From Elsinoe ampelina (Eukaryota), in assembly GCA_010093995.1 (NCBI GenBank), contig ML992502.1, forward strand, positions 1,047,001 to 1,111,000: a stretch of DNA of 64,000 bases, in the 5' to 3' direction. The notes beneath the pieces were generated by a model. That model saw nothing but the letters and a program-made list of their open reading frames with translations. It was not told the DNA's origin and ran no database searches. Of this stretch, positions 44,778 to 57,259 are shown one piece after another. How positions within the stretch are numbered: the first letter of the stretch is position 1; every line of letters starts with the position of its first letter. The position numbers and the translations under genes are program-made.

Positions 44778-47486
44778 ATGGCCTACCAACGGCCGACCTA
44801 TTCTAGATCGGACCCGCTGGCTCGGGACGATCATAGAGACACGATCATTGATATGGAACCACAAACAGGATTCTACGAAAGGCCGATGGCGAGACTGAAG
44901 CAGATCAGTACACACGACCAGGGAAGGGAAGGAGGCGGGACATGCTCGCCACCGCTCGATAAGACACCATCCTCGGATGCAACGTCACAACGATCGTCCT
45001 TGTGGAGCAAGCCGCATTCGATCGATTCGGATGACGAGCTATATACTCTGACCGATGATGAGTCGGTGGAGGTGCCATTGATATGTTCCGACTCGGTCAA
45101 GAAAAGAGCAGCCAAACCCATCAAGGCTAGATACCCTTCGCTGGTCATACCGTCACCGTCGCACTGGCCCATGCCACCTTCGGCATGCAAGCAGTCCGCC
45201 TGCAGCATTGGTATCTCGCCAGCATCCAAGCTCGCCCCCAGTCCTGCACGACTTGCGACATTCAATGCCCGACAACACCTTCGTATACCGAGTCGAACAT
45301 CGACACCCTCTTTGGATGGTAGCTTGACATCCGAAGAACTCGCAGCGTCCAGCGACAGTTGTCCGTCGACACCGGATCGAGGTTCTGGTTCGCCACGGCC
45401 TGGGGATTGGGAACCACCTGCTCAGCTTGGACCTGAAGCGATCGCGTTGCTCAAGTCTCTAGCACCAGACACAGGTGGCGGATCGGATACCGAAGATGTG
45501 GATGTGCCCGATGATGCCTTGCATGAGATGCGACAGATTGTTCGTGACCCACCAGTCCGGCGGCAATTGATACCTGGAAGTGATCTTACAGTCCAGAACT
45601 TGGTACCCGGTAGTGAACCAGTCTCGGCTCTGACGGTCCCTTCACCTGGTGGCTTCTTCGCATCACTTCATAATTCGGCTCGTCAGACGTGGTGTGTCAG
45701 CACGCCACCTGCGCCCTCAACAGGAACAGCTGAGCAGTTTTACGGCGTGCCGTGGCGGAACAACAGTCGCAGCAATAGCCCTCAGCGGAACCTTGGACTC
45801 AGACTGGACATTGAACGAGCTGTGACACCACCCATTGTTCAGAGGAAAGACTCCATGTTCTCGCCGATCGACGGAGCGGGCATTGAAGCTATCGAGATCA
45901 CAGAGAGTGCCTTTCAAGCTGCTGCTCTCCACGGATCAGAGTCTCAATCGGAAAGAACAAGAAATTGGCTGTTTGCTCAATGGACAGTTCTGTCCACTCT
46001 GGCGACAGAATCACCAAAGACTCCCGAGAACCAGATCAAGTCCTGCTTCTCACCTGATACCCCGTCATCATCAGGCACCGCCGGTCGAGTCAATCCACTC
46101 GAGGACTCACCTTCCAAGAAATCCGTCCGCTTCCTCGAATCCGTACCCGAATCAGAAGAAGCATCCTTCACCCACCGCAGCGCCGAAGTCGAGCCTCTCT
46201 TCTACCAAGGCTTCAAATACATCAACCGCCGCTTCCGCGGCATGGACGCCTTCCTCCACTCCCAAGCACGCGCCGAAGCCGCCCACGTCTCGTCCTCTTC
46301 CCTCCCACAATCCCACATCTCCCACCTCTCAGGCTCCTACACCCTCACCTCCCCCACCCGCCCACACCCCTCCCGCCCCATCTCCGCCCTCGTCCCCATC
46401 CCCGACGAAGAAGACCACTCCAAACTCATCACCCTCGCCGAACGCGAACGCCAAGCCCTCACCCAACTCCTCCCCTCCATCCACACCCTTCACGCCAGCA
46501 CGCACATCTTCGGCTCCACCCTCATCGCCTCCCCAGTGATAACCCACCTCCGCACCTCCCCGAACCGGCGCATCCTCGACTACGGCGGCACGCCCACCTG
46601 CGACTGGGGCTGGGCCGTCGCGCTCCAATTCCGGCACGTCGAAGTCGTCACCGTCCCTCTCCCCTCACCCGCCGTCCCCAGCACCAACCCCGTCCTCTCC
46701 GGCCCACCCAACCACGTCGTCGCCATCCCCGACTCCCCCATCCGCCTCCCCTTCCCGGACGCCAGCTTCGACCTCATCTCCGCCCGCACCCTGCACGTGC
46801 TCCTCCGCACGCGCCGTTGCCCCGACCCCACTTCCTCCTCCCCGGGCAAAGACGAATTCGACGCCGTGCTCGCCGAGTTTATGCGCGTGCTCAAGCCCGG
46901 CGGGTACGTCGAGTTCAACCTGCTAGACGCGGAGATGCTGCACCCTGGACCGCTGGCGCGGGCGTTGGGTGTGGAGTTCGCCTTCACCCTCAGGCAGAGG
47001 GGGTATGATCCCCAGGCGTCGAGGTATTTCCTCCCTCGGCTCAGGAAGGCCGGGTTCGACGAGGTGAAGCGTGCGTGGTTGGTGCTGCCTGCTGCGGATG
47101 TGGTGCCGACGTGGGTGGATAGGGGGAAGATGGCGTCGGGAGGGGGCCACGGGAGGAAGGATAGTGCGGTTGGTGTGGGGCCGGAAGTGGAGAGGAGGGA
47201 GACGATGAGGTTCTTTGAGGTGGAGAAGGGGGAGCGGCGGAGAGGGAGGGACGAGGGGAGGAGGGAGATGTATGAGAGGCCGGTGGTGGGGAGTACGGGG
47301 GATGTGAAGGCTATGACGGGGTTGGTGGGGGCGAGGGCGTGGGAGATGTGGGTGTTGAAGGTGCAGAGAGAGACGGGTGGGAGTGAGGAGAAAATGTTGG
47401 AGAGGGTGAATCGGGCGTTGGAGGAGGCAGGGAGGGGAAAGGCTGGGTGGAGGTGTTTGATGGGGTGGGCGAGGAAGGCGGGATAG
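44778..47486 (+). CDS. Large Ser/Pro-rich protein with C-terminal class I SAM-methyltransferase-like domain
   Basis: 902-aa ORF; RILDYGG, LPFPDASFDLISAR and RVLKPGGYVEF motifs. An upstream exon cannot be excluded. Confidence 0.75.
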   Translation: MAYQRPTYSRSDPLARDDHRDTIIDMEPQTGFYERPMARLKQISTHDQGREGGGTCSPPLDKTPSSDATSQRSSLWSKPHSIDSDDELYTLTDDESVEVPLICSDSVKKRAAKPIKARYPSLVIPSPSHWPMPPSACKQSACSIGISPASKLAPSPARLATFNARQHLRIPSRTSTPSLDGSLTSEELAASSDSCPSTPDRGSGSPRPGDWEPPAQLGPEAIALLKSLAPDTGGGSDTEDVDVPDDALHEMRQIVRDPPVRRQLIPGSDLTVQNLVPGSEPVSALTVPSPGGFFASLHNSARQTWCVSTPPAPSTGTAEQFYGVPWRNNSRSNSPQRNLGLRLDIERAVTPPIVQRKDSMFSPIDGAGIEAIEITESAFQAAALHGSESQSERTRNWLFAQWTVLSTLATESPKTPENQIKSCFSPDTPSSSGTAGRVNPLEDSPSKKSVRFLESVPESEEASFTHRSAEVEPLFYQGFKYINRRFRGMDAFLHSQARAEAAHVSSSSLPQSHISHLSGSYTLTSPTRPHPSRPISALVPIPDEEDHSKLITLAERERQALTQLLPSIHTLHASTHIFGSTLIASPVITHLRTSPNRRILDYGGTPTCDWGWAVALQFRHVEVVTVPLPSPAVPSTNPVLSGPPNHVVAIPDSPIRLPFPDASFDLISARTLHVLLRTRRCPDPTSSSPGKDEFDAVLAEFMRVLKPGGYVEFNLLDAEMLHPGPLARALGVEFAFTLRQRGYDPQASRYFLPRLRKAGFDEVKRAWLVLPAADVVPTWVDRGKMASGGGHGRKDSAVGVGPEVERRETMRFFEVEKGERRRGRDEGRREMYERPVVGSTGDVKAMTGLVGARAWEMWVLKVQRETGGSEEKMLERVNRALEEAGRGKAGWRCLMGWARKAG

Positions 47487-47573
47487 GGGTTTGCATGGAT
47501 CAGGTGTTTGTCCTTTGGTATATAGTTGATTAATCCTCTTGAATTCATCGTCGCTCCTTTGGATCTGTTGTTC

Positions 47574-49533
47574 TCAACGCATGAGTATACCTGGAACCGC
47601 ACCCTTCAGAACGATCGACTTTGGCTTTGCAATGAACGGTCGCCACTGCTCGTCCAACATCGCCTCAACCTGAGACATCACTACCCTCGCCAGACCATTG
47701 ATCCACCAGAAACCGCTCATCATGTGAAGCATCACGGCATAGTAAGACAGCATCACCAACACAAAAGAGTCCGGTGCCGGCGAGCCATTCCGCCGCTTCT
47801 TTATGAGCATGTTGGTAAGCGTCTGATCCCACAGTGTCGGCCAGGTAATCAATAGCCGCAAGCTATCAGCCGAGTGGCCTCCGTCCATGACGAGCCAAAC
47901 GCACAGGAACGTGTCTTCGAGGATCTGCTGACATGACGCTCGCTCTGCTGCGTCTGTCTTTGACCTCGCGATGGCCCTTAGCCCAGTCAGAGCAGGAAAT
48001 CTGTTGTTCAACGTCGCCCTCACGTTTGAGAAGGAATCGCGGAGGCCAACAAAAGGAGTCATGAGATCGTGGCGATAAGCCATAGCGAGACCTTCCACTT
48101 GATTCCGCAGGATGTCCAATCGCAGCTTCATCGACAACAAGTCCCCAATCAAGTCTGGGGGACGCACCTCCTGATAGGATATGGCGCGGTCTGCCAAGAT
48201 GAGGGTGGCAGCGAGAGAGGCAATCTCCATCGCAGAGAAAGCGTTGTCCTGAGGACCAGGAGTGCCAAAGTTGCGCGGATTGTTGAGGTAGTGACGAGCA
48301 AGCGCCAACACTTCCGGTCCGCGAGCCCGGCTTGAATACATATGCAATGCTGACAGTGCTATGATTCCGGGGTAGATACCTATGGCTTGTAGAGGAGCAG
48401 TAGGGTAAGTTCTTCGCCATGCATCGACCCGGGTCGAGTCAAGCATCAGTGGCTGCAAATCATGAGTGCGCCAGTGATTAAGTACCTCTGCTTCCAATGC
48501 TCCCAGGACAGAGATTGAGGATGTTCCTGAAGGCGACGATGTATCTGCGGTCGACTGTGCTGGCAAGAGCATTCTCTGTGTAGATGAAGGCATGTCAGAT
48601 CCAGTGGGTTGCGTAGAGGCAAGTCTAGCAGGTCCAGCAGATTGTGTCGAGGAAGTCCTAGCAGATCTAGCAGGCTGCGTCGAGGAAGGTCTTGCAGGTC
48701 TAGTAGGTTGCGTCGATGAGGGTCCGGCAGGTCTTGTAGATTGTGTCGAGGACGACCTAGCAGGACTAGCAGGCCCGAACCTGACATCCACCACACCTCT
48801 GGCATAGGTGTTTATATCAACATGGAATTCATTTACTGGTTCAGCAATTGGAGTGAGCGGCGAAGGAATTGGCGTGTCCGGTACAGCAATCGTCCCTTCC
48901 GATGATGTGGGCGAACCGAGCGATATGACTTCCGGCTGTGAAGCGTGGTCCAGATCCTCGTGTGAATGGCCCACAGCGGGAGCGTCCTCAATTTGGAAGT
49001 CCGTGACATCTTCACCCTCGAAAGGAACGGCACTCGCTGCCTCAGGAGCGCTCGGTATGACTGATTGTTGTAGTGTGTCCGGTTGTTCTGATCGATGAGG
49101 AGATTCCGTACTACGCTCTTCGGCGAATCTCACGTGAGCCCGTCGGACTCTAGACCTTGCAGAAACCTTGACTGCCGGGATCGAAGCTTGATGCGGGACT
49201 TGAGCAGGTTGAGGATCAGGTACCGTGACAGGTCTTACATATTCAGTCGGTTCAACTACGGGTTGTGTGCTGTTCAAGTTCGTAGTACCGGTTTCGGGCA
49301 CAAGGTTCGCCGGAGGTCCTTGCTGGGTGTTTTGAGCAAGTAGATACTGACAGCCCGAATATGACAACCTGCATCGATTGCATTTTGGGAGCACACGATC
49401 ACACTAGCTTGCTTGTCAGTTTCGAGATCGGCAAGATATTCCAAGACAGACCCTCGGTCCGTGGCGCTCATACCTCGAACTTGTTCCTGCTGCACTGCTG
49501 GCAAGCATTCGGGTGTAAGTTCTTTGAATCCAT
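47574..49533 (-). CDS. Zn(II)2Cys6 transcription factor, Upc2-like C-terminal domain
   Basis: Exon 1 49533-49474 (MDSKNLHPNACQQCSRNKFE) plus exon 2 49403-47574 (CDRVLPKCNRCRLSYSGC) gives C-x2-C-x6-C-x6-C-x2-C-x6-C. C-terminal ALSALH and LSYYAVMLH..WW motifs. Confidence 0.8.
48578..48772 (-). repeat. 33-bp (11-aa) coding tandem repeat x~6, PARxSSTQPTR
   Basis: Seen in the translation: PARSSSTQSTR PAGPSSTQPTR PARPSSTQPAR SARTSSTQSAG PARLASTQPTG SDMPSSTQ. Confidence 0.85.
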
Positions 49534-49863
49534 GGCCGGACTCGTCCTGCTCGATGTGCTATCAAAATAATCCCAAGGACGCTTGTATTTACATTAAAGA
49601 AGGAGCAAGGCAGAGATGGTTGGCTCACTTGATATGTACCTACCACGAACGGACATCACGCTTCACGACTTGCACTTGCACTACGAGAAGTCCACGTATG
49701 ATTGGAGCACATGGTGACACACAATGACCCAAAGGAATCCCGATGCAGCACAAGGGATCATAGAACAAGAACGACTGGCTGGTGAGGCGCTGGTGGGAAA
49801 ATTGTGTTGCACAGACGTTGATGAGGGAGGTGATGGAAAGAGCGAAGATGGGATTGACAACTA

Positions 49864-52800
49864 TGTTGACTTGTGTGGGGAGAGAAAGAGATTGATTACT
49901 GCCTGATCCACCCAAATTAGGTGGATTGTAACTACATATATACTTAACCTGATGAACTGAGACATAGCTGAATCAGAGAACTCCTGAATAGTAACAGATT
50001 GAGACAATAACCATCCAAATTGATCATGAACTGGTAAAGTTGTTAAAGAGTGCTCAGTTCAACCTTGGGTGAACTAAATCAGGGTCCTTCTTGGCACCAC
50101 AGCTCTTGCCGAGGTTGACACACCCCTTCACTGAATAGCTATGAGTCTATCATAGCTAGTTAGTGGACTACTAACTCGAGGGATAGCTGTTACAAGAAGA
50201 CCTTATGCCTCCCTAGAGGAAGAGCTTATAGCTCCCTAATGTTAGCTAGTGGTAGAGGTAGATTATCCCTCAGTTCCAGCTTTGGCTAGATTGGCTTCAT
50301 CAATAGATAAGCATTGAAAGCTTGATGATATCCAGGAGCCTTCTAAGGCTGTGCAAGACTAGCAATATAGGCCTACCTTCTTAGTTTCCTAGTCCTTCTT
50401 GTAGTAAGAATATGCTTAGGCAATAGGTCAGCTAACCTTGTAGTAATCCTTCTTCTAGGCTGTTTAGGCTCCTTAGTCACCCCTTTAGCTAGGGCTTCTA
50501 CCTCACTCCTTACAGTTTTAGCTTTAGATAGAGGTAAAGGCTATACAGCTGTCAAGGGTAGAGAGGCTAGAGCATTATAGAACTACTCTACTAATGTAGC
50601 CTTCTAGATCTAAGCCGGGTTCAGCTCTAGGGTCTATGACTGTAATAATAGACTATGATTATCTAGTGGAGGTGATAGAGCCTATTAAGCCTATAACTGT
50701 GATAATAAACTATAATTATTTAGTTCCTTAGTTAGAATCTGCTAAACTAGATTCTAAGCTAGATTTTAAACTGAATTCTAAACTGGATTCTACAGTATAG
50801 ATAGGCCTTTAGTCACCCCTTTAGTTTGAGGTATATTCTCCTTAACTTCCTATAGCAGTCTTAGTAGATTAAGTAGTCTAATAGGCTAAGGCTAAGGCTG
50901 CTCCTCTAGCTTGTAGAACTAAGTCTTATTAAATCTAATATCCCTTGTTCTAATAACCTTCTTTAAGGCTAGTATAAAGATCCTAAATATGTTAGTTAAG
51001 TTATATCTAACTAGATAACTAATGTGTACTCTTGGTATAGGCTTATTACCACTTATAATATAATAATCTAGGGCATAAGCCTTATATCTAAGTAGTCTAA
51101 GATAGGAGATTAATAGAGGGCATCTATAAACTAGCTTAAAGGGAGTCTTCTAGTTAAGCTTCTTAAGTAGAGTTCTATTTATTAGATAGGCTACTAATCT
51201 ATATAGTTTAGAGTGTAGTTCCCTTAGAAGATTAGTAAAGATAGCTACTACCCTTGCTCTCCTTAATAGTATAGACCCTATCCTTTTACTGTGACTATTC
51301 TATACTAGAGTATATAGAGTAGATAGCTCTCTTTAGATACCTTTACTATCTAGGAAGATAGTGAATCTAAGGCTAAAGGCCCCTTTATTGTTACTCCTAA
51401 CGAATCTAACCTTAAAGCTAAGATTACTTTTAATGTAAGTAATTATCTTAATACAGATTTTATTAATCTTATATCTATAAGCATAACTGCTTACAAGGTA
51501 ATAGTTAGTAGCCCTATAGGCAAAATGGCTTATATACCTTGCCTTATTATAGCTAGTAAACCTATTAATAATAATGTTAAAGGTAATCCTTTTAAAGGGC
51601 TTAGTTATAACAATCTTAGTGTTAGAGCTCCTTAAGATAAGCTTCTAAGTATTTAATAGCTTACAAGTCTAATATAGTAACCTAAGATAAATTAGCTAAA
51701 ACAAGTTAGACTTAGTTAAAGTTAGTTCACTACTAACTATAGTAGTTAGGAGGTGATTAATAGACTCTATACTTAGATAGCCTATAACTTTATACTAGGA
51801 TTAATTAGTCCTTGTTATAACTAAGATAAATACTAATAGATAAGGATCTCTAGTGCCTCCTATAGCTATAGTAACAGCATAAGGAGCTTTAGAGTTATTC
51901 TCTACTATATATTAATTATGCTTTGGAGTTACTAAGAAAAGTACCTTCCCTTTGTAATTAATCTCTATAGTTTAAGTGTTCTAGTAGACTCCACCCTTTA
52001 GGAATCTCCTAAGGCTAACTAGATTAGTTATTATTAATAGTATATAAGCTACCTATGTAAGTTAGATAGTCACTAGCTTTCCCCTATAGATCGCTATAAT
52101 AGTGATTAATCTCTAACTCTTAATAGTAAGTAAGGTATTACTATAGAATATTTGCTTATAAGGTTCTACAAGTCTAGTGACCTTATATCTATCCTTTATA
52201 GTGTAATTATAGATGTAATTAGTTACTCTAGAATCTAGAATCTATAAACTTAAGATGTTGCTAGTGGCTAAGATAAATGCTAAGTGTAATCTAATAGTTA
52301 TAGCTATGTTAATTAGCACTAGTAGGGATAACCCCTTATAAAGGTAAGCTTCCTTAGCAAGGATAGCTTTAACCTTCTCCCTTAAGGCCTTGTTATTAAG
52401 CCTTTACTTAACCTCCTTAAGGGTTTATTAGTTTAGTAACTATCCTTCTAGCCTTAGATACTTATTTAAGTAATAGCACTTGCTCTACTTATGCCGCTTC
52501 TAGTACATATATCTAGGCTCCCTAGTAGGGCTAGGCTTCTCTTATAAGGAGTCCTTAGTAGCTATAGGGAATGCTATTACTCCCTTACTAGCCTTTGTGC
52601 TACTATATAGCTTATAAAGTTTATAAAACTGTCTAAACTTAGTAATTAACTCGAGCATTAATAATAGGGTTAGTAAATCTAGATTAATAAGATATTTGTT
52701 AGTAAATGCTAGTTTAGTTCTTAAGATAGAGAGTAAGAAGTCTCTCTATAGCCTTAAGCCTTAAGCTTCTAGTAGGTTATAATTCCTAGCCTTATCTATA

Positions 52801-53704
52801 ACCTCTTCCTATTACTAAAGCTAATAGTCTATATTCTATAATAATAGACTAGAGAGTTATCTCCTCTAGAGAGCTTTAACCTTAAGCTAGATTATAGCAT
52901 TAGATAGTGCAAATCTGTTCTTTAATGCTCTAAGGATAGCCTATAGATAGGGATCTCCCTCTAGTTAGATAACTATAAGAACTTATAGTGCAATTAATAA
53001 CTAAATAAGGCTAGCTAGATCTGCTAAGGCCTTATGCTGTTTGTTATGCTAAGCTTACTCCTCCTTGTATATCTAGAAGAGTGCTAAGAAGTTAGAATCT
53101 AATATATCTAGCCTCTAAGGCTTAGGGAGCCCTTTAGGCTTAATAGTCTATTAAGGATTAATAAGATTCTATATCTTAGTGTTTGATGCTCTTATCTTGA
53201 TAATATATAGCTAGCTAGCCTATTTAGCTAATATAGCAAGAATAATAGGTGTTCTAGCTATTAGTGTGTTAGTATCTATAGTTGTTTATCTCTTTGTTAA
53301 CACCTGAATCCTGTGGTAGTAGATAAGGCAGTACTTGACAGATTCTAGTGCTTAAAAAGCAAGATGATAGAGAATTGACCAATAAATAGAGTAGAAAGAC
53401 AACTGAATACTCTACTTGTGTAGGGGTAGTTATACTAGGCTTATAACTATTAACTTGTGTAGGGAGAGAAAGAGATTAATTACTGCCTGATCCACCAAAA
53501 TTAGGTAGATTGTAACTATATATATACTTAACCTAATAAACTAAGACATAGCTAAATTAGAGAACTCCTAAATAGTAATAGATTAAGATAATAACTATCT
53601 AAATTGATCATGAACTAGTAAAGTTGTTAAAGAGTGCTTAGTTCAACCTTAGGTGAACTGAATCAGGGTCCTTCTTGGCACCACAGCTCTTGCCGAGGTT
53701 GACA
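49864..53704 (-). mobile_element. RIPed Copia element, internally deleted (lacks RT and most of RNase H)
   Basis: 257-bp LTRs (49864-50120, 53448-53704) and TSD AACTA (49859-63, 53705-09). The interior is collinear with the 16.6-21.6 kb element except for a ~1.48-kb deletion at ~50222. Relics of the gag Zn knuckle and protease WILDSGAT remain. Confidence 0.95.
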
Positions 53705-54089
53705 AACTAAGCCAGTCACGTGACAGCCGTTCCCCAAAAATTCTTTGACCTAGGAAGAGCTCGGACCCCCTTCAGGTTCTCCAAAAACACCCGACTCTTC
53801 TTGTTCCACTTTGGAAAGCAGTGTGGGGTCGGCCATGGACAACGGCAGTCGTCCGTGTCAATAATTATCCTGTACAGTGTCCAACTTGAATCTTGTAGGT
53901 ATCCTTAGCAATCTTTGCACTCCTTTCTTCACTTGCATTTCCATCCCCACGTCCTTGACTTTCGCTGCAAACACTGCGAGGTCTAGCAAAGCTCGCGACC
54001 TTCCCGCCGTCCTCCACCTCCCTCCCGAGCTTTGACATCGACGTCACAGAACAAAACATCCCCAGGCCATTGCTATCGAGGCCATAACA

Positions 54090-55337
54090 ATGTCGACTCC
54101 GGGCTTCATCCAGCGCGGCCTCAAGTCTATCCTGTCAAAGCAACCTCACGATGTCGTCATCCTCTCCGCCCTCCGTACTCCAGTTACTCGCGCAAAGAAG
54201 GGTGGCTTCAAAGACGCCTACGACCATGAGCTACTCGCATCAGTCCTGAAGGCGACTCTCGCCGCGAACCCGAATCTGCCTCCCTCCGCGATCAACGACG
54301 TCATGATTGGGACCGTCCTCTCGGAGCTCGGTGGCAGCAAAGCAGGCCGCATGGCCGCCAACCACGTCGGGTACCCGGAGACCGCAGCCTTCCAAACAGT
54401 CAATCGAGCTTGCTCATCCGGTCTAGCAGCCATAACAGGAATCGCGCACTCGATCGCAATCGGAGCCATCGACGTCGGCGTCGGCGGCGGTATGGAGAGC
54501 ATGACCCGCAACTACGGCTCCCGCGCCATCCCCACCCAACTCTGGGACGAACTCAAGAACAGCCCGGTCAAAGAAGCAAAAGACTGCATCATGAGCATGG
54601 GAATAACCGCCGAAAACGTCGCCGAGCGCTACGGAGTCAGCCGCTCCGACCAAGACGCCTTCGCCGCCTCTTCGCACCAAAAAGCCCACAAAGCGCAAAC
54701 CACCGGCCTCTTCGACGCCGAAATTGTCCCTACAGAAGTCACCTTCCTCCTCGACCCGGAAGACCCCTCCAAATCCGAACGTCGCACCATCACAAAAGAC
54801 GACGGCATCCGTCCCAAATCCACCCCTGAATCCCTCGCCTCGATGAAACCCGCCTTCAAACCCGACGGCGCCAGCACAGCCGGCAACAGCTCCCAAGTCA
54901 GCGACGGCGCGGCGGCAGCGCTGCTCATGCGACGCAGCACCGCCACCGCGTTGGGGCTGGAGAAGAACATCATCGGGAAATGGGCGGGGACGCAGACGGT
55001 GGGGTGCAAGCCGGATGAAATGGGCGTGGGGCCGGCGATCGCGATACCCAAGCTGCTGGAGTACACGGGGGTCAAGACGGAGGAGGTCGGGGTGTGGGAG
55101 ATCAACGAGGCGTTTGCGAGTCAGGCGCTGTATTGCGTGCGGAAATTGGGCATTGATGAGGGCAAGGTGAACCCCAAGGGCGGGGCGATTGCGTTGGGGC
55201 ATCCCCTCGGTGCGACGGGGGCGAGGCAGTTGGCGACGTTGTTGCCGGAACTGGAGAGGCAGGGGCAGCAGGTTGGGGTGGTGAGTATGTGTATCGGGAC
55301 GGGCATGGGGATGGCGAGTTTGTTCGTTCGGGAGTAG
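54090..55337 (+). CDS. 3-ketoacyl-CoA thiolase
   Basis: VNRACSSGL, NEAFASQ, GHPLGATG and SMCIGTGMG motifs; intronless; no canonical PTS2 seen. Confidence 0.92.
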   Translation: MSTPGFIQRGLKSILSKQPHDVVILSALRTPVTRAKKGGFKDAYDHELLASVLKATLAANPNLPPSAINDVMIGTVLSELGGSKAGRMAANHVGYPETAAFQTVNRACSSGLAAITGIAHSIAIGAIDVGVGGGMESMTRNYGSRAIPTQLWDELKNSPVKEAKDCIMSMGITAENVAERYGVSRSDQDAFAASSHQKAHKAQTTGLFDAEIVPTEVTFLLDPEDPSKSERRTITKDDGIRPKSTPESLASMKPAFKPDGASTAGNSSQVSDGAAAALLMRRSTATALGLEKNIIGKWAGTQTVGCKPDEMGVGPAIAIPKLLEYTGVKTEEVGVWEINEAFASQALYCVRKLGIDEGKVNPKGGAIALGHPLGATGARQLATLLPELERQGQQVGVVSMCIGTGMGMASLFVRE

Positions 55338-55570
55338 ACGGTACATGTACATGGGCATGTCAAGTTCATTTAGCGATCAAAGGCCAGGTAGAGGACAAAA
55401 TGTACAGATTTGATACCGCGACAAAGCTACATGCTATGGCCACTGATGCCGACTGCGCCCTCCGAGGAGTATACTGGACGAAAAATGTGGGACTAGGCTC
55501 GAGGTCGCTGGATGGAATTAGCTCGCAGGGTGTGAGTATACGACGAAAATGTGCCATCTGGTTCAAAGGC

Positions 55571-57082
55571 TCAAATACCGAGCGTGAACTCGACGCCAAT
55601 GTCAATATCCCGTGCTTGCTTGACAATCTTGGAGAGTTGAACTGCCTTGGTGGCAGCTTCTTGGAGATCGTCGATGGAGAAGATCTTGAGACCGGACTCG
55701 TTGATCTGAAAGTGTTAGTCGACGGACAGGATAAATCGAAGTGTGACACTGACCAGCTTGTGGGCCTGCTCGCCGTTTGTGCCTTGAAGACGAGCGATGA
55801 CAGGTACGCGGAGATTCATACTCTCGACGACCTGGATGAGACCCTTGGCAATAGCATCGCATCGTACGATACCACCGAAGATGTTGACGAAGATGGCGGT
55901 AACCTTGGGATCGCTGGTGATGAGGTCAAAGGCCTGCTTGATCGCCTCTGGGGTAGCACCACCACCGACATCCAAGAAGTTGGCGGGTTGACCTCCGTTG
56001 AGCTTGATAATATCCATGGTCGCCATGGCCAATCCAGCACCGTTCACGAGGCAGCCAATGTCACCATCGAGCTTGATGAAGTTCAGTCCGTGCTCGGCAG
56101 CCTTGACCTCGTCCGCATCCTCTTGCGTGGTGTCGCGCCATTGGAAGACCTCCTTCTGTCTGAAGTCGGCATTGTCGTCAAAATTAAGCTTGGCATCCAT
56201 GCAGAGCACCTTGTGGTCGGATGTCTCGGACAGAGGGTTGATCTCGATCTGGGTGGCATCCTTCTCCATGAAGACCTTGTACAGCTTCTGAATGGTAGAC
56301 ATTGCCTCATCGATGCACTGCTCCGAGAAGCCAATGTCGGTCGCGATCTTGCGGGCGATATCGTCGGTCACTCCCTCGCTGATCTTGATCGGTGTGGTGA
56401 TAATCGCTTCTGGGTTCTCCTTTGCAACACCCTCGATATCCATACCACCTTGTGACGAAGAGACAATGACGGGCGATTGTGATTGACGGTCCATGAGAAC
56501 AGCCAGGTAGAACTCTCTGCGGGCGAACTTGCGCTCGACGATGTATACCGAGTTGCAGATCCTTCCACGCTCGCCGGTCTGCTTGGTGATGAGCTTGTGT
56601 CCGATCATCTCGTTGGCCAGAATCTTCGCTTCTTGAGGTCTGCGCCAGTGTCAATCCTCCATAACCTCTCTTTGCATGGTCGATACATACGAGTATACAA
56701 TGCGTACACCTCCTTTGAAGCCATTATCGAAGTGACCCTTTCCACGACCTCCGGCAAGAACCTGAGCCTTGATAACCATATCATTGTCGGCTGGAACCAG
56801 TCAGATAATATCTCCCAGCTCATTGATCACCACATACAGATCGTCTTCGCCACCTGCTCAGCTTCTGCTCCAGAGTAAGCTACACCACCCTTTGGCACCC
56901 CAATGCCATACTGTGCCAGGTCAGCTGCATGTTTCGGGAAAGATAGGAAGCGTTCCAGGACGTACGGATTCGAGCAATTGCGCCGAGCGGTACTCATGAA
57001 CGCTGAGGAACCTCTGCTGAGTCCGAGGCACGGCGGCCTTCAAAGAGGCAGCCAAACGGCCGCTGCGTGCGAGCTTGAACAT
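55571..57082 (-). CDS. LSC2: Succinyl-CoA ligase beta subunit, mitochondrial
   Basis: Presequence [50 protein letters not shown] and [10 protein letters not shown] motifs; three introns. Confidence 0.95.
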
Positions 57083-57259
57083 GACCGGCGCGAAGATGTG
57101 TTTACGGGATCGTCAAAGTCCCTGCAAGAACTTGAGATGAGCTTCGGGCGAGCTCGCGACCATGCCGAGGATCAGCCGATGGGCGACGGTCACGTTCTGT
57201 TCGCAGCCTCGACTATTTTTTATTTTCGTACAAGGACGAGTAATTTTTGGCATGATGAT

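Noticed and set aside
55289..56455. 388-aa plus-strand ORF, and similar long antisense ORFs at 25937-26827, 46580-47602 and 54423-55358
   Set aside because: Antisense to codon-biased conserved genes; no independent motifs.
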